A stretch of DNA of 64,000 nucleotides, taken from contig OZ219871.1 in NCBI GenBank assembly GCA_964291495.2, positions 704,001-768,000 on the forward strand. Direction: 5' to 3'. The position numbers and the translations under genes are program-made. Below, piece after piece: positions 9,263-19,675 of the stretch. Below the pieces are notes generated by a model, which saw nothing but the letters and a program-made list of their open reading frames with translations, did not search any database and had not been told where the DNA came from. Positions within the stretch are counted from its first letter, which is position 1, and every line of letters starts with the position of its first letter. Source of the stretch: Dehalococcoidia bacterium. Its GTDB lineage: Bacteria > Chloroflexota > Dehalococcoidia > UBA2979.

Positions 9263-10486
9263 ATGGACTGGCTGGATACGCCCGAGCAGGCCGAGTTCCG
9301 TGCCGAGGTGCAGGCGCTGCTGCGTGACCACCTCCCGGACTTCTACCGCCGCGCCAGCGAGGAGGAGATCGGCGAGGAACGCGGGGGCGGCTGGGTCGCG
9401 GACCGCAGGTCCGAGGATCCGGAGCGACGTGGGGCGGCCGACGCCTGGGCAGACGCGATCTCCGCACGGGGCTGGTTCGCGCCTCACTGGCCCGTCGAGT
9501 ACGGCGGCGCCGGGCTCGGCCCGGACGAGCAGTTCATCTTCCGACAGGAGCTGGCGCGCGCCGGCGCGCCGCTCGTGGGCGCCGGCGGCGTCCGACTGCT
9601 CGGCCCCACCCTGATCGTCTACGGCACCGAGGAGCAACGCGCGCGCTACATGCCGGAGATCCTCTCCGGCGAGGTGGTGTGGGCGCAGTGCTACTCGGAG
9701 CCGGGCGCCGGCTCCGACCTCGCCTCGCTGCAGACGCGAGCGGAGCTCGAGGGCGACGAGTGGGTGATCAACGGACACAAGGTCTGGACCACGAACGCCC
9801 AGCACGCCGACGCGCTGGTCCTCCTCACACGCACCGACCCGACCGCGCCACGACACCGCGGCATCTCGTTCCAGCTGATCGACGACATCCACACCGAGGG
9901 GCTCTCGGTCCGCCCCCTGATCAACATGGCGTGGGGCCACGAGTTCAACGAGGTCCACTTCGAGAACGTGCGCACGCCCGCCTCGCACGTGGTCGGCGAG
10001 GTCAACCGCGGGTGGTATCCCGCCCTCTCGATGCTCGACTTCGAGCGATCGGACATCAACGTCGTCGTCCACCTCGAGCGCGCACTCGATCGGCTCGTCG
10101 CGTACCTCGAGACCGAGGCCGGCGCCCGGCAGGCGCGCCTGACGCCGACGGTGCGGCACGAGATCGCGGATCGCTTCCTGGAGGTGGCGGTCGCCCAGAA
10201 CTTCTCGCTCTGGATGCTGTCGATGCAGAACGACGGTGTGATTCCGAACTACGAGGCGTCGATGACGAAGCTGTTCATCTCGGAGTGCAATCAGCTGCTT
10301 GCCCAGACCGGCACCCGCATCTTCGGGCTGTACTCGAACATCTGGGACGCGAGCGAGCGGGCTCCGCTGAACGGCGGGTTCACCCGTCACTACGTCCTGA
10401 CCGTCCCCGACACGATTGAGGGCGGCACCTCGGAGATCCAGCGCAACATCATCGCCACGCGCGGGCTGGGGCTGCCGCGCAGCTAG
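9263..10486 (+). CDS. Acyl-CoA dehydrogenase
   Basis: WP.EYGG, YSEPGAGSDLASL, NGHKVWT, LDFERS, GGTSEIQRNIIA. Confidence 0.93.
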   Translation: MDWLDTPEQAEFRAEVQALLRDHLPDFYRRASEEEIGEERGGGWVADRRSEDPERRGAADAWADAISARGWFAPHWPVEYGGAGLGPDEQFIFRQELARAGAPLVGAGGVRLLGPTLIVYGTEEQRARYMPEILSGEVVWAQCYSEPGAGSDLASLQTRAELEGDEWVINGHKVWTTNAQHADALVLLTRTDPTAPRHRGISFQLIDDIHTEGLSVRPLINMAWGHEFNEVHFENVRTPASHVVGEVNRGWYPALSMLDFERSDINVVVHLERALDRLVAYLETEAGARQARLTPTVRHEIADRFLEVAVAQNFSLWMLSMQNDGVIPNYEASMTKLFISECNQLLAQTGTRIFGLYSNIWDASERAPLNGGFTRHYVLTVPDTIEGGTSEIQRNIIATRGLGLPRS

Positions 10487-10588
10487 CTGCGCGCCGCCGC
10501 GTCGCGGCCCTGCCCGGACCGTTGCCCGGTCGCCTGAGGGGTCGCGCATACGCTGTACGTGTAACCGAGCGCCTGAGGAGGCAGACAG

Positions 10589-11794
10589 ATGAGCGAGCAG
10601 GGGCCGCTGGCCGGAATCAGCGTCGTCGAGCTGGCGAGCTGGATGATGACGCCGGCGAGCGGCAGCATCCTCGCCAGCTTCGGCGCGGACGTAATCAAGA
10701 TCGAGCCCGCGGGCTCGGCCGACCCGATCCGGCGGCTCAACGAGGTCGGCGTGGGCGCGGGCGGGCTCGAGCCGAGCTTCGAACTCGCGAACAACGGCAA
10801 GCGCAGCATGCAGCTCGACATCCGGTCCGGGGCGGGGCGCGAGGTCGTGCACCGCCTGCTCGAGGGTGCGGACATCTTCCTCACCAACGTGCGCGCACAG
10901 GCGCTCGAGCGCGCCGGGCTGGGCCTTGAGGCGCTGCACGAGCGCTACCCCCGGCTGATCGTGGCGCACGGCAGTAGTTACGGGAGGGTTGGCCCCGTCG
11001 CCCACCATCCGTCCTTCGACGAGCTCGCGTACTGGTCGCGCGGCGGCATGGCGACCGCGCTCCAGGACGAGGGCGCGCTTCCGGTTGCGATCAACGGGGC
11101 GATGGGCGACCTGCCCACGGCCGTCACCCTCGCCGCGGGGATGCTCCTCGCGCTCTACCGCCGGGAGCGAGAGGGGGTCGGCGCGATCGTCGACGTCTCG
11201 CTCTACCAGTGCGGGCTCTGGGCGAACGGGACGGTCCTCGCCGCGGCCCTGGCGGGCGTGCAGTTCCGCCCGAGGATCGGCCGGCATCACCCGTTCAATC
11301 CGCTGGACACCTCGTACCAGTGCGCCGACGGCTCCTGGGTGCAGTTCGCGATGTTGCAGCCGACCCGCTACTGGGGGCTGCTCTGCGAGGCGCTGGACCG
11401 TCCGGACCTGGCCGACGACCCCCGCTTCGATACGATGGAGCACCTGTTCGAGCATGTGCCCGAGGCGACCGCCGAGCTGGAGCGGGCGGTCGGCGTCTTC
11501 ACGCGCGAAGAGCTGGGCCGACGCCTCGAGAGCCGCGACCTTCCCTGGGCGCCGCTGTTCGACGCCGGGGACATCGTGAGCGACGAGCAGGCGCGCGCGA
11601 ACAACTACTTCGTCACGAAGCAGCACCGTTCCGGCGTCGAGATGGAGACGCTCGCGCCCCCGTTCGGTCTGCGCGACGAGGAACCGCAGATGGAGCCCGC
11701 GCCGGAGGCCGGCCAGCACACGGAGGAGGTGCTGCTGGAGCTGGGCTACGGCTGGGACGAGATCGGGGAGCTGCGGGAGCGCGGCGCGTTCTAG
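10589..11794 (+). CDS. CoA-transferase family III (CaiB/BaiF)
   Basis: GADVIKIE, NNGKRS..LD, catalytic GD (AMGDL), APEAGQHT. Confidence 0.92.
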   Translation: MSEQGPLAGISVVELASWMMTPASGSILASFGADVIKIEPAGSADPIRRLNEVGVGAGGLEPSFELANNGKRSMQLDIRSGAGREVVHRLLEGADIFLTNVRAQALERAGLGLEALHERYPRLIVAHGSSYGRVGPVAHHPSFDELAYWSRGGMATALQDEGALPVAINGAMGDLPTAVTLAAGMLLALYRREREGVGAIVDVSLYQCGLWANGTVLAAALAGVQFRPRIGRHHPFNPLDTSYQCADGSWVQFAMLQPTRYWGLLCEALDRPDLADDPRFDTMEHLFEHVPEATAELERAVGVFTREELGRRLESRDLPWAPLFDAGDIVSDEQARANNYFVTKQHRSGVEMETLAPPFGLRDEEPQMEPAPEAGQHTEEVLLELGYGWDEIGELRERGAF

Positions 11795-11847
11795 CCAGGC
11801 CGAGACCCTCGTGAAAGCCCTTCAGGGCAGGGAGCGCACCCCCTCCC

Positions 11848-11875
11848 GTCATTCCGGCGAAAGCCGGAATCCAGG
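11848..11875 (+). repeat. REP-like palindrome GTCATTCCGGCGAAAGCCGGAATCCAGG
   Basis: ATTCCGGC-GAAA-GCCGGAAT hairpin between convergent CoA-transferase genes. Copies at 6373 and 18156. Confidence 0.85.
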
Positions 11876-11908
11876 CGCGCCAACCGAACCGCGGCGGGTC
11901 AGGGCAGC

Positions 11909-13195
11909 CTAGCGGGTGGAGCCCTCGCGAACGCGGACTGCCGCCTGCGACTCGAACAGCACCTTCTCCGCCATGAGATCCTCGACCGCCGCCTCGTCCA
12001 TCCCGAGGTACTCGCCGACGATCTCGCGGGTGTGCTCGCCCATCTCCGGCGCGCGGCCGCGGACGTAGGCCTGCGCGTCGGAGAACCTGAAGGGCGGCTC
12101 GACCACTCCGACCGTTCCGAGGCCGGGGTAGTCGACCTCGCCGAAGCTGCCGCGCTGGACGAACCACGGGTGCGTGAGCATCTCCTCCTGGGAGAGGACG
12201 GGGCCGGCGGTGATCCGTTCCTCCGCGAGCAAGGCGAGGGCCTCCTCGCGGCTGTCGAGTGAGCAGAGCCAGCCCTCGACGATCTCGACGACCTCCTCCG
12301 TGCGTTGCAGCCGGGCCTGGTCGGTGCGGAAGTCCGGATGTTCGACGAGGTCCTCGCGGCCCATCAGCGCGCAGAGGCGCGCCCAGAGGCTCAGCTCGCC
12401 CGACCCGTGCGCCTGGATGGAGATGTAGCCGCCGGTGGCCTTGAACGTACCCATCGGGAACGTGTAGCTCTGGTTCTGACCGTTGCGGTAGGGAGCGGCT
12501 GCCTGGCTGCCGAACATCGCCACTGCCGGAGCGACCAGGCAGTCGACGAACAGGTTGGCGTCCACCATCGAGATGTCGATGTGCTGGCCCTTGCCCGTCG
12601 CATTCAGGCCATGCATCGCCGCGAGGATACCGACCACACCGTGGACCGCGGTGATCGGGTCGCCGATACCGCCGCCCACGGCGTACGGCGGGCCATCCCT
12701 GTCGCCGGTGTTCCAGTTCATCCCGCTCATCGCCTGCGCGATCGGGTCGCTGCTCGGCCGGCCGCGGTCGCCCTCGAGCCCCTCCTGGCCGAAGCCTGTG
12801 AGCGAGCACATGATCAGGCGGGGGTTGATGTCGCTCAGCGTGACGTAGGAGAGGCCGAGGTTCTGCATGACGCGCGGCGTCATGTTCTCCACGACGATGT
12901 CCGTTTGCGGGATCAGGTCCCAGATGATCTGCACGCCGCGCGGGTCCTTGAGGTTCACGGCGAGGCTTTTCTTGCCGCCGTTGGTGTGCAGGAACAGCCG
13001 GTTGGCGGGGACCGCGTGCAGTCCCTCTTCCTCGAACCGGCTGCCCGGGCCCTCGGCGTCGTAGCCCCAGCCGGGCAGCGGGTACTCGACGTGAATCACA
13101 TCGGCGCCGAGGTCGGCGAGAATGCGGGAGCAGAACGGGCCAACCGCCGCGAGCGTGAAGTCGAGCACACGCAGGCCCGCAAGCAGATCATTCAT
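11909..13195 (-). CDS. CoA-transferase family III
   Basis: LRVLDFT...GP, GADVI, NGGKKS, GIGDP catalytic Asp, APEMGEHT. Start set at MNDLL. Confidence 0.92.
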   Translation of the reverse strand: MNDLLAGLRVLDFTLAAVGPFCSRILADLGADVIHVEYPLPGWGYDAEGPGSRFEEEGLHAVPANRLFLHTNGGKKSLAVNLKDPRGVQIIWDLIPQTDIVVENMTPRVMQNLGLSYVTLSDINPRLIMCSLTGFGQEGLEGDRGRPSSDPIAQAMSGMNWNTGDRDGPPYAVGGGIGDPITAVHGVVGILAAMHGLNATGKGQHIDISMVDANLFVDCLVAPAVAMFGSQAAAPYRNGQNQSYTFPMGTFKATGGYISIQAHGSGELSLWARLCALMGREDLVEHPDFRTDQARLQRTEEVVEIVEGWLCSLDSREEALALLAEERITAGPVLSQEEMLTHPWFVQRGSFGEVDYPGLGTVGVVEPPFRFSDAQAYVRGRAPEMGEHTREIVGEYLGMDEAAVEDLMAEKVLFESQAAVRVREGSTR

Positions 13196-13379
13196 CGGAG
13201 TCCCCTTCTCTGCGAGAGTCCGCGGACGTGGCGCGCTCGGCGCCGAGGCGCGCGCACTCCCTCGAATCATGTGGAGCACGGATGGGATTCGCAACCAGCA
13301 CATTGCCCGGACCGCTGCCCGCGCGAACGCGTACCCCGGAGTCGCCTAGAATCGCCAGGAAGACCGTTGGGAGACGACG

Positions 13380-14324
13380 ATGACCAGCGCAACAGCCGTG
13401 CCGACCCTGCCGTACGAGATGCTCGCGGAGTGGGAGCGGCTCCCGGACGGCATGACGCTGCACGAGACGCCGGGCGTCTCGGTCGCGCCGGACGGGACAA
13501 TCTGGCTGCTCACGAAGAACCCCGAGAACCCGGTGATCGCCCTCGATAGCGACGGGAAGTTCCTGCAGACCTTCGGGGCCGGCTCGTTCACCGACGCCAC
13601 CCACGCGATCCTCGCGGCACACGACGGCTATCTCTACTGCGCAGACGAGGGGGCGCACACGATTACGAAGTGGACGACCGAGGGTGAGCTGCTGATGACG
13701 ATCGGCACGCCGGGCAGTCCCGCGCCGAAGTTCTCCGGGCTGCCGTTCAACAGCCCGACGGACATCGCGATCGCCGAGGACGGCACGATCTTCATCAGCG
13801 ACGGCTACGGGAACGCGCGCATCCACAAGTACTCGCCCGACGGTGAGTTGCTGTGCTCCTGGGGCGAGCCCGGCGTCGACGCCGGACAGTTCCTGTGCCC
13901 CCACAACATCGGCCTGCGTGGCGACCGCCTCTACGTCGCCGACCGCGAGGCGCTGCGCGTGCAGGTCTTCGACCTCGACGGCAACCACGTCGTCACCTGG
14001 AACAACATCCACCGCCCCTGCGCCCTGACCGTCGGCCCCGAGGGCAACATCTACATCGGCGAGCTGTGCGGCGTGCCGCTCACGGTGGACGCGCCGGGGG
14101 TCGGTCACCGGATCTCGGTGCTCAGCCCCGACGGCGAGCTGCTCGGCCGCTACGGCGCGCCCGAGTCGGGCGAAGGGCTGGGCCAGTTCATCGCGCCGCA
14201 CGGGATCGGGGTGGCGGAGAACGGGGACGTCTACGTCGGAGAGATGTCCTACACGATGCTGGGGAGCCGCCTGGACCCGCCGCGCGAGCTGAAGAGCCTC
14301 AAGAAGCTCCGCAGGACGGACTGA
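13380..14324 (+). CDS. NHL-repeat beta-propeller (peptidyl-alpha-hydroxyglycine amidating lyase-like)
   Basis: FNSPTDIA, SDGYGNARIHKY, GQF..PH repeats, VADRE. Confidence 0.85.
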   Translation: MTSATAVPTLPYEMLAEWERLPDGMTLHETPGVSVAPDGTIWLLTKNPENPVIALDSDGKFLQTFGAGSFTDATHAILAAHDGYLYCADEGAHTITKWTTEGELLMTIGTPGSPAPKFSGLPFNSPTDIAIAEDGTIFISDGYGNARIHKYSPDGELLCSWGEPGVDAGQFLCPHNIGLRGDRLYVADREALRVQVFDLDGNHVVTWNNIHRPCALTVGPEGNIYIGELCGVPLTVDAPGVGHRISVLSPDGELLGRYGAPESGEGLGQFIAPHGIGVAENGDVYVGEMSYTMLGSRLDPPRELKSLKKLRRTD

Positions 14325-14427
14325 GCCGGGCCGGCCCTGCGCGGGCCATCCGAAGCGCGTCACGCCGCCATCCTCGCAATCGCTCGCTGCGGCGCCCGCG
14401 GCGATCGGCCGAGGGCCCGCGCCCGTG

Positions 14428-15450
14428 CTACGACAGGCCGGCCTTCAGCAGGTCGAGCGTCTCGGCCGTGGGAACCTCGGTCGTGATCGGAAGCGTCACG
14501 CCCGCATCGAGGTACGCGCCCAGTCGCTCGCGCACCTCGTCGGGCTCGCCGACACAGCCCAGCGCCGCTACCGCCTCGTCGGGGATCAGCGTCGCCGCCT
14601 CCGCGTAGTCTTCGGCGGGCGCGGGCCATCCGCCGGGCGCCATCGCGCGCACGCGCTCCGCGAGCTCCGGATCAACCCCGGACGGCGACTCGACGTGAGG
14701 CTGCTGAGCGAGGAAGCGCGCGAAGTAGACCTTCTGCCGTTGCAGCGCCGCACGCTTGTCGCGCGTGACCAGCACGCGGACAGGCATCACCCGCTCGATC
14801 TCATCCAGCGAGCGGCCGGCCGCCTCGGCGCCTTCGGCGATCCGGGCAACGGCATCGCGGATCGCCTCGACCGGATGAGCCCCGTTGAGCACAACGCCGT
14901 CCGCGATGCGACCGGCCAGGCGCAGCATCTGCGGTCCGACCGCGCCGATGAAGATCTTGACGTCGTGGCCGCCGTCGCCCGGGTGGTCGAGGTAGGCGCG
15001 GTCCAGGTGAGCGTAGGTGCCGTCGTAGCTCGCCTCCTGGTCGCGCGGGAGGAGCAGCCGAAGCGCCTCGATCACCTCGCGCATCACGCGGATGGGCGCC
15101 TTGCGCTCGACCCCGACGCGCGTCGCCAGCGGATCCCACCACGCTCCGAGGCCGATCACGATCCGGCCCGGGGCCAGCATGTCGAGCGTCGCGGCCGTCT
15201 GGGCAATAAGCGCCGGATTCCGCGTCCAGACCGGGATCACCGAGCAGCCTACGCGAAGGCGCTCGGTTCCCGCGGCGAAGACGGCCATCGGCGTGATCGC
15301 ATCGGTCTCGAGCCCGGTCTCATAGACCCAGACCGAGTCCGCGCCGGCCGCCTCCATCGCCTGTGCGTGCTCGAGGTTGAGCCTGAGGTCGTGCCCGGTG
15401 AGCGTGACCCCGAAGGGAATGGGACCGCTGGACGAGACTGAAGACGGCAC
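14428..15450 (-). CDS. LLM-class oxidoreductase (Mer-like, possibly F420-dependent)
   Basis: AGGAGG RBS then GTG 15450. TRNPALIAQTAATLD, GAVGPQMLRLAGRIADG. Confidence 0.85.
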   Translation of the reverse strand: MPSSVSSSGPIPFGVTLTGHDLRLNLEHAQAMEAAGADSVWVYETGLETDAITPMAVFAAGTERLRVGCSVIPVWTRNPALIAQTAATLDMLAPGRIVIGLGAWWDPLATRVGVERKAPIRVMREVIEALRLLLPRDQEASYDGTYAHLDRAYLDHPGDGGHDVKIFIGAVGPQMLRLAGRIADGVVLNGAHPVEAIRDAVARIAEGAEAAGRSLDEIERVMPVRVLVTRDKRAALQRQKVYFARFLAQQPHVESPSGVDPELAERVRAMAPGGWPAPAEDYAEAATLIPDEAVAALGCVGEPDEVRERLGAYLDAGVTLPITTEVPTAETLDLLKAGLS

Positions 15451-15495
15451 GCTCGTTCCTCCTGCCGGGGACAACCCCCAGGCTCTCGCTCGGTC

Positions 15496-15523
15496 ATTCT
15501 ATCGCCCGAAAGACGGGAGTCAA
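15496..15523 (-). promoter_or_regulatory. Sigma70-type promoter with conserved operator-like core (copy 2)
   Basis: Minus strand TTGACT-16 bp-TAGAAT with CTTTCGGGCGATAGAAT, upstream of the LLM gene. Confidence 0.8.
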
Positions 15524-15526
15524 CGG

Positions 15527-16396
15527 TCAGGACGCGTCGCCAGCCGGGTTGCGGCGCTCGAGGATCCCCTCCATCCGCGCGCGGATGGCCGCGTCGTACG
15601 TGTCGCCGTGCGTCAGGATGTAGAACCGCTCGTCGCGCACGGCCTCGACGACCTGCGCCGCGACGTCGGCAGGGTCCATGAACTCGATCTCGGGGACCGT
15701 CTCGCCGGCCGCGCCCCGCCGAACCAGCGGCGGACGAAGCGCTTCGCCTTCGCGGCCGGGGCGGTTGCGCTCGGCAACCCCGATGCGCGTGTCCACGGGG
15801 CCTGGGCAGAGCACGGACACCCCCACCGAGGCGCCCGCCAGCTGCCGGGCGAGCGTCTCCGAGAGCGCAACGACCGCGTGTTTTGTCGCCGTGTAGATCC
15901 CGTAGTGCTCACGCGTGAGGAGGCCCAGCTCCGAGCCGGTGTTGACCACGTGGCCCTCCTCCTGCTCGAGCAGGACCGGGACGAACGTGCGGATGCCATG
16001 CACGATGCCCCAGAGGTTCACGCCGAACACCCAGCTGAAGTCATCGCGGTCCTGCTCCCAGAGGCGCAGGCTGCGGCTGCCCTCGGGCGACGGTCGGTCG
16101 GAGTTGGCGATGACGCCGGCGTTGTTGCAGACGAGGTGGATCGCTCCGTACGCCTCGAGCGCCTCGTCGCGCAGTCGCTCGACTGCTGCCGCGTCGCTGA
16201 CGTCGGTGACGATGCCGATGGCGTCGCGTCCCTGTTCGAGCAGCTCGCGTACGGCGACATCGAGGGCCGGCGCCTCGACATCGGCGAGGACGACCCGCAT
16301 ACCCTCGACGGCACAGCGCCCGGCGAGGGCGCGACCGATGCCGCTGGCGGCCCCGGTCACGACGGCGACGCGTCCTTCGAACTGCTGCAACGTCAC
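15527..16396 (-). CDS. Short-chain dehydrogenase/reductase
   Basis: TGAASGIG, NNAG, YTATK catalytic motif. GTG start after GGAGG. Confidence 0.92.
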   Translation of the reverse strand: MTLQQFEGRVAVVTGAASGIGRALAGRCAVEGMRVVLADVEAPALDVAVRELLEQGRDAIGIVTDVSDAAAVERLRDEALEAYGAIHLVCNNAGVIANSDRPSPEGSRSLRLWEQDRDDFSWVFGVNLWGIVHGIRTFVPVLLEQEEGHVVNTGSELGLLTREHYGIYTATKHAVVALSETLARQLAGASVGVSVLCPGPVDTRIGVAERNRPGREGEALRPPLVRRGAAGETVPEIEFMDPADVAAQVVEAVRDERFYILTHGDTYDAAIRARMEGILERRNPAGDAS

Positions 16397-16579
16397 CCTC
16401 CGTCCCCTGCCGTCGCGCGCGAATCGCTGGCCGCGCGCGAGCATGGCCCTGCCGCTGCGCCGACGTGGGGCACGCCGGCGGGGCCACCTTCGACCTATCA
16501 TGGCGGGGCCTCAACGGGTTGTCATTTCCAACCGTGCGAGGGGCGTCGGCCCCGGAGCGGCCGAGGCGGGAGCACGAGC

Positions 16580-17986
16580 GTGGACGGCAACCTCGTGGGC
16601 CTGACCATCGCCGAGGCCAGCCGCCGCATCGACGACGGCGCGCTCTCGCCGAGCGAGCTGACCGAGGCCGCCTTCGCCCGCATCGAGGCAACCGACGGCG
16701 GCGAGCGCGGCATCAACGCCTTCGTACGCCTCATGCGCGCCTCGGCGGAAGCCGAGGCAGCCGCCGCCAGCGAGCGCGCCGCCGCCGGCAAGCGCCTTGG
16801 GCCGCTGGACGGCATTCCGCTGGCGGTGAAGGATGTCTTCGACACCGCGGGCGTGGTCACCAACGCCGGTTCCGGCGCCTTCCTCGACCGCGTGCCGGCG
16901 CGGGATGCGACTGCGGTCGCGCGGTTGCGCGAGGCGGGCGCGGTGCTGCTCGGCAAGACGAACACGGACGAGTTCGCGATGGGCGGGACCTGCAACAACT
17001 ACTGGCACGGCCCGACTCGCAACCCCTGGAACCTCGACCGCGTGCCCGGCGGATCATCGGGTGGCACGGCCGCCGCGATCGCGGGCGGACAGGCGCGGGG
17101 CGGGCTCGGCACGGACAGCGGCGGCTCGATTCGCATCCCCGCCGCGTTCTGCGGCGTCAGCGGCTACAAGCCGACCTACGGGCTCGTGGGGCGCGGTGGC
17201 ATCGCGCCGATCCCGGCCAGCATCGACCACGCCGGCCCGCTCGCCCGGACCGCCGAGGACTGCGCCTTGCTGCTCAACGTGCTGCAGGGCGCCGACCCCC
17301 GTGACCTCGACTCCGTCGCCCGTCCCGCGGAGGACTTCACCGCCGACCTCGGCGCGGGCGTCGCGGGCCTCACGCTCGGCGTGATCCCCTCGCTGCTCGA
17401 GGGGTCGCAGGATGCCGTGCTGGAGAACTTCGCGGCGTCCCTCGAGGTGCTGCGTGACCTCGGCGCCACGATCGTCCAGGTCGAGCCGCTGGAAGACGAG
17501 GACGACTGGCGCGGCCTGGCATACTCGATCTTCCGCCCCGAACTGGCTAGCGGCCTCGAGCAGATCGTGCGCGAGCGCCCCGAGGCCGTGTCCGAGCCGA
17601 TGCGCTCGCGGCTCCTCGCCGGCCTCGAGACGCCGGCGATCGCGTTGGTGCGGGCGCTTGAGCAGCGCAAGCTCGTCGAGGCGCGCTTCGAGGCCGCCCT
17701 CGACGGCATCGACGCCTACCTCGGCCCCACCTCGCCGCTGGTGGCCGAGCCGATCGGTGACGACCCGCAGGTGGTCACCGAGAACGCCGACCTCAAGTTC
17801 CGCAACGCACTCACCTTCGACCTGTCGCACCAACCCTCGATCAGTGTGCCCAACGGGCGCGATGCCGAGGGCCTGCCCACCGGCCTGATGATCAGCGGCG
17901 CACTCTTCGCGGATGCGCTCGTGCTGCGCATCGCGCACGCCTACCAGCGCGCGACCGACTTCCACGAGCAGACCCCCGCGCTGTAA
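16580..17986 (+). CDS. Amidase-signature family amidase
   Basis: Lys in AVKD, GGSSGG, GTDSGGSIR (Ser-cisSer-Lys triad). Start reset to GTG 16580. Confidence 0.92.
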   Translation: MDGNLVGLTIAEASRRIDDGALSPSELTEAAFARIEATDGGERGINAFVRLMRASAEAEAAAASERAAAGKRLGPLDGIPLAVKDVFDTAGVVTNAGSGAFLDRVPARDATAVARLREAGAVLLGKTNTDEFAMGGTCNNYWHGPTRNPWNLDRVPGGSSGGTAAAIAGGQARGGLGTDSGGSIRIPAAFCGVSGYKPTYGLVGRGGIAPIPASIDHAGPLARTAEDCALLLNVLQGADPRDLDSVARPAEDFTADLGAGVAGLTLGVIPSLLEGSQDAVLENFAASLEVLRDLGATIVQVEPLEDEDDWRGLAYSIFRPELASGLEQIVRERPEAVSEPMRSRLLAGLETPAIALVRALEQRKLVEARFEAALDGIDAYLGPTSPLVAEPIGDDPQVVTENADLKFRNALTFDLSHQPSISVPNGRDAEGLPTGLMISGALFADALVLRIAHAYQRATDFHEQTPAL

Positions 17987-17996
17987 GCAGCGCGTT

Positions 17997-18274
17997 CCCT
18001 CTCCCCTCGCGGGAGAGGGGATCAGAGGGAGGGCCCGTCCGGTCCCCTCTCCCCGCGGGAGAGGGCGGAGGGTGAGGGAGCCGCCGGGCGACGTTGCGCC
18101 AGCGGGGCCTGTTGCGCCAGCGGCGCTCTCGGGGGCTCGGCGGTGGGTCGGTGTGCCTGGATTCCGGCTTTCGCCGGAATGACGGTTCTGCAAGGGTCTC
18201 CCGAGGGAGAGGACGGACGGCGAGGGGGAATCCGGCTCCCTCTCCCCTCGCGGGAGAGGGCGGGGGGTGAGGGG
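17997..18274. repeat. BIME-like cluster of REP palindromes
   Basis: CCCTCTCCC(C)..GGGAGAGGG hairpins near 17997, 18045 and 18238. Reverse GTCATTCC element at 18156-18183. Direct repeat GTTGCGCCAGCGG at 18093 and 18111. Confidence 0.85.
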
Positions 18275-18360
18275 GCCGCCGCGCCGGGGCGCGGCGTTCG
18301 AGCGCACGCGAGAGTTCCGAGGGCGCGCGCGACCGTGACGAACGGTCCGGCCCGGCGGTA

Positions 18361-19590
18361 TTAGCTGCGCGGCAGTCCGAGTCCCCGAGTGGCGATGATG
18401 TTGCGCTGGATCTCCGAGGTGCCACCGCCGATGGTCGCCACGACCGTCTGCAGGTAGCGCCGCGGGAAGACCGCCTGCATCGGTGCGCGATCGTGCTCGG
18501 CATCCCAGATGTTGGAGTAGAGACCGAACACCTTCATGCCCGTGCGCGCGAGCCGCTGCAGGCTCTCCGAGATGAACATCTTGGCCACCGAGGCCTCGTA
18601 GTTCGGGATCTGGTCCGCGTTCTGCAGCGTGATGATGCGCCGCGAGAAGTTCACCCCGACCTCAGCCTCGAGACACCGCTCGGCGATGTCGTGCCGCGCG
18701 GCCGGAGTCAGCTTCGCCTGTTGCCGGCTCCGCTCCGAGCCTGCGTACGCGATCAGGCGCTGGAGGTCGCGCTGCAGCGCGACCGCGCCGCTGATGTTGG
18801 AGCGCTCGAAGTCGAGCAGCGTGACGCCCACGTACCAGCCACGGTTGACCTCGCCGACGACGTTGGACGCAGGCGTGCGCACGTCCTCGAAGAACGTCTC
18901 GTTCACGCCGTGCTGCCACGCCATGTCGATCAGCGGGCGCACCGAGAGGCCGGGCGTGTTGATGTCGTCGACCAGCAGGAACGAGATCCCGCGGTGCTTC
19001 GGCGCCTCGGGGTCGGTGCGCACGAGCACGAAGATTGCGTCGGCGTGGTGGGCGTTCGTGGTCCAGATCTTCTGCCCGCTGATCACCCACTCGTCGCCAT
19101 CGCGCACGGCGCGCGTCTGCAGCGAGGCGAGGTCGGACCCCGCCCCCGGCTCCGAGTAGCCCTGCACCCACGCCGTCTCGCCGGAGAGGATCTTCGGCAG
19201 GTACTTCGCCCGCTGCTCCTCGGTGCCGTAGACGATGATCGTCGGGCCAAGGTAGGCCGTGCCGTCGCCGCCGAGGTCCAGGGGGGTCCCCGCCAGCGCC
19301 ATCTCCTGCTTGAGGATGAACTGCTCGTTCGGTGAGAGCCCGGCGCCCCCGTACTTCCGAGGCCAGTGCGGCGCGAACCAGCCCCGCTCCGCGACCGCCT
19401 CGCCCCAGGCATCGGCTGCCTCGCGACGCTCGGGGTCGTCGGAGTTGCGGTCGGCGACCCAGCCGTGGTGGTAGGTGACGGCGCGGTCGTCCTCGGCCAG
19501 CCGCCGGTAGTAGTCGGGGAGCCGATCACGCAGCAATTCGCGTACCTGCTCGCGGAACCCGGCCTGCTCGGCCGTGTCATCCCAGTCCAT
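18361..19590 (-). CDS. Acyl-CoA dehydrogenase (close paralogue of 9263..10486)
   Basis: MDW.DT.EQA.FR start, YSEPGAGSDLASL, LDFERS, GGGTSEIQRNIIATRGLGLPRS. Confidence 0.93.
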   Translation of the reverse strand: MDWDDTAEQAGFREQVRELLRDRLPDYYRRLAEDDRAVTYHHGWVADRNSDDPERREAADAWGEAVAERGWFAPHWPRKYGGAGLSPNEQFILKQEMALAGTPLDLGGDGTAYLGPTIIVYGTEEQRAKYLPKILSGETAWVQGYSEPGAGSDLASLQTRAVRDGDEWVISGQKIWTTNAHHADAIFVLVRTDPEAPKHRGISFLLVDDINTPGLSVRPLIDMAWQHGVNETFFEDVRTPASNVVGEVNRGWYVGVTLLDFERSNISGAVALQRDLQRLIAYAGSERSRQQAKLTPAARHDIAERCLEAEVGVNFSRRIITLQNADQIPNYEASVAKMFISESLQRLARTGMKVFGLYSNIWDAEHDRAPMQAVFPRRYLQTVVATIGGGTSEIQRNIIATRGLGLPRS

Positions 19591-19675
19591 CGGCTACTCT
19601 CCCTGCGGTCGCGCCGCAGCCGGCGACAGCGAGACCGATCCCGTGTGGAGGACCGGCTCGCGGCTTACTGATCGA

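Noticed and set aside
15377-16579. Apparent 869-aa amidase fusion
   Set aside because: The N-terminal part is antisense to the SDR gene. The true start is GTG 16580.
16580-17986. gatA assignment
   Set aside because: No gatB or gatC adjacent and the context is catabolic, so it is called a generic amidase.
17997-18274. Palindrome cluster as IS/MITE or CRISPR
   Set aside because: No terminal inverted repeats with target duplication, no regular spacing and no transposase. Treated as REP-like.
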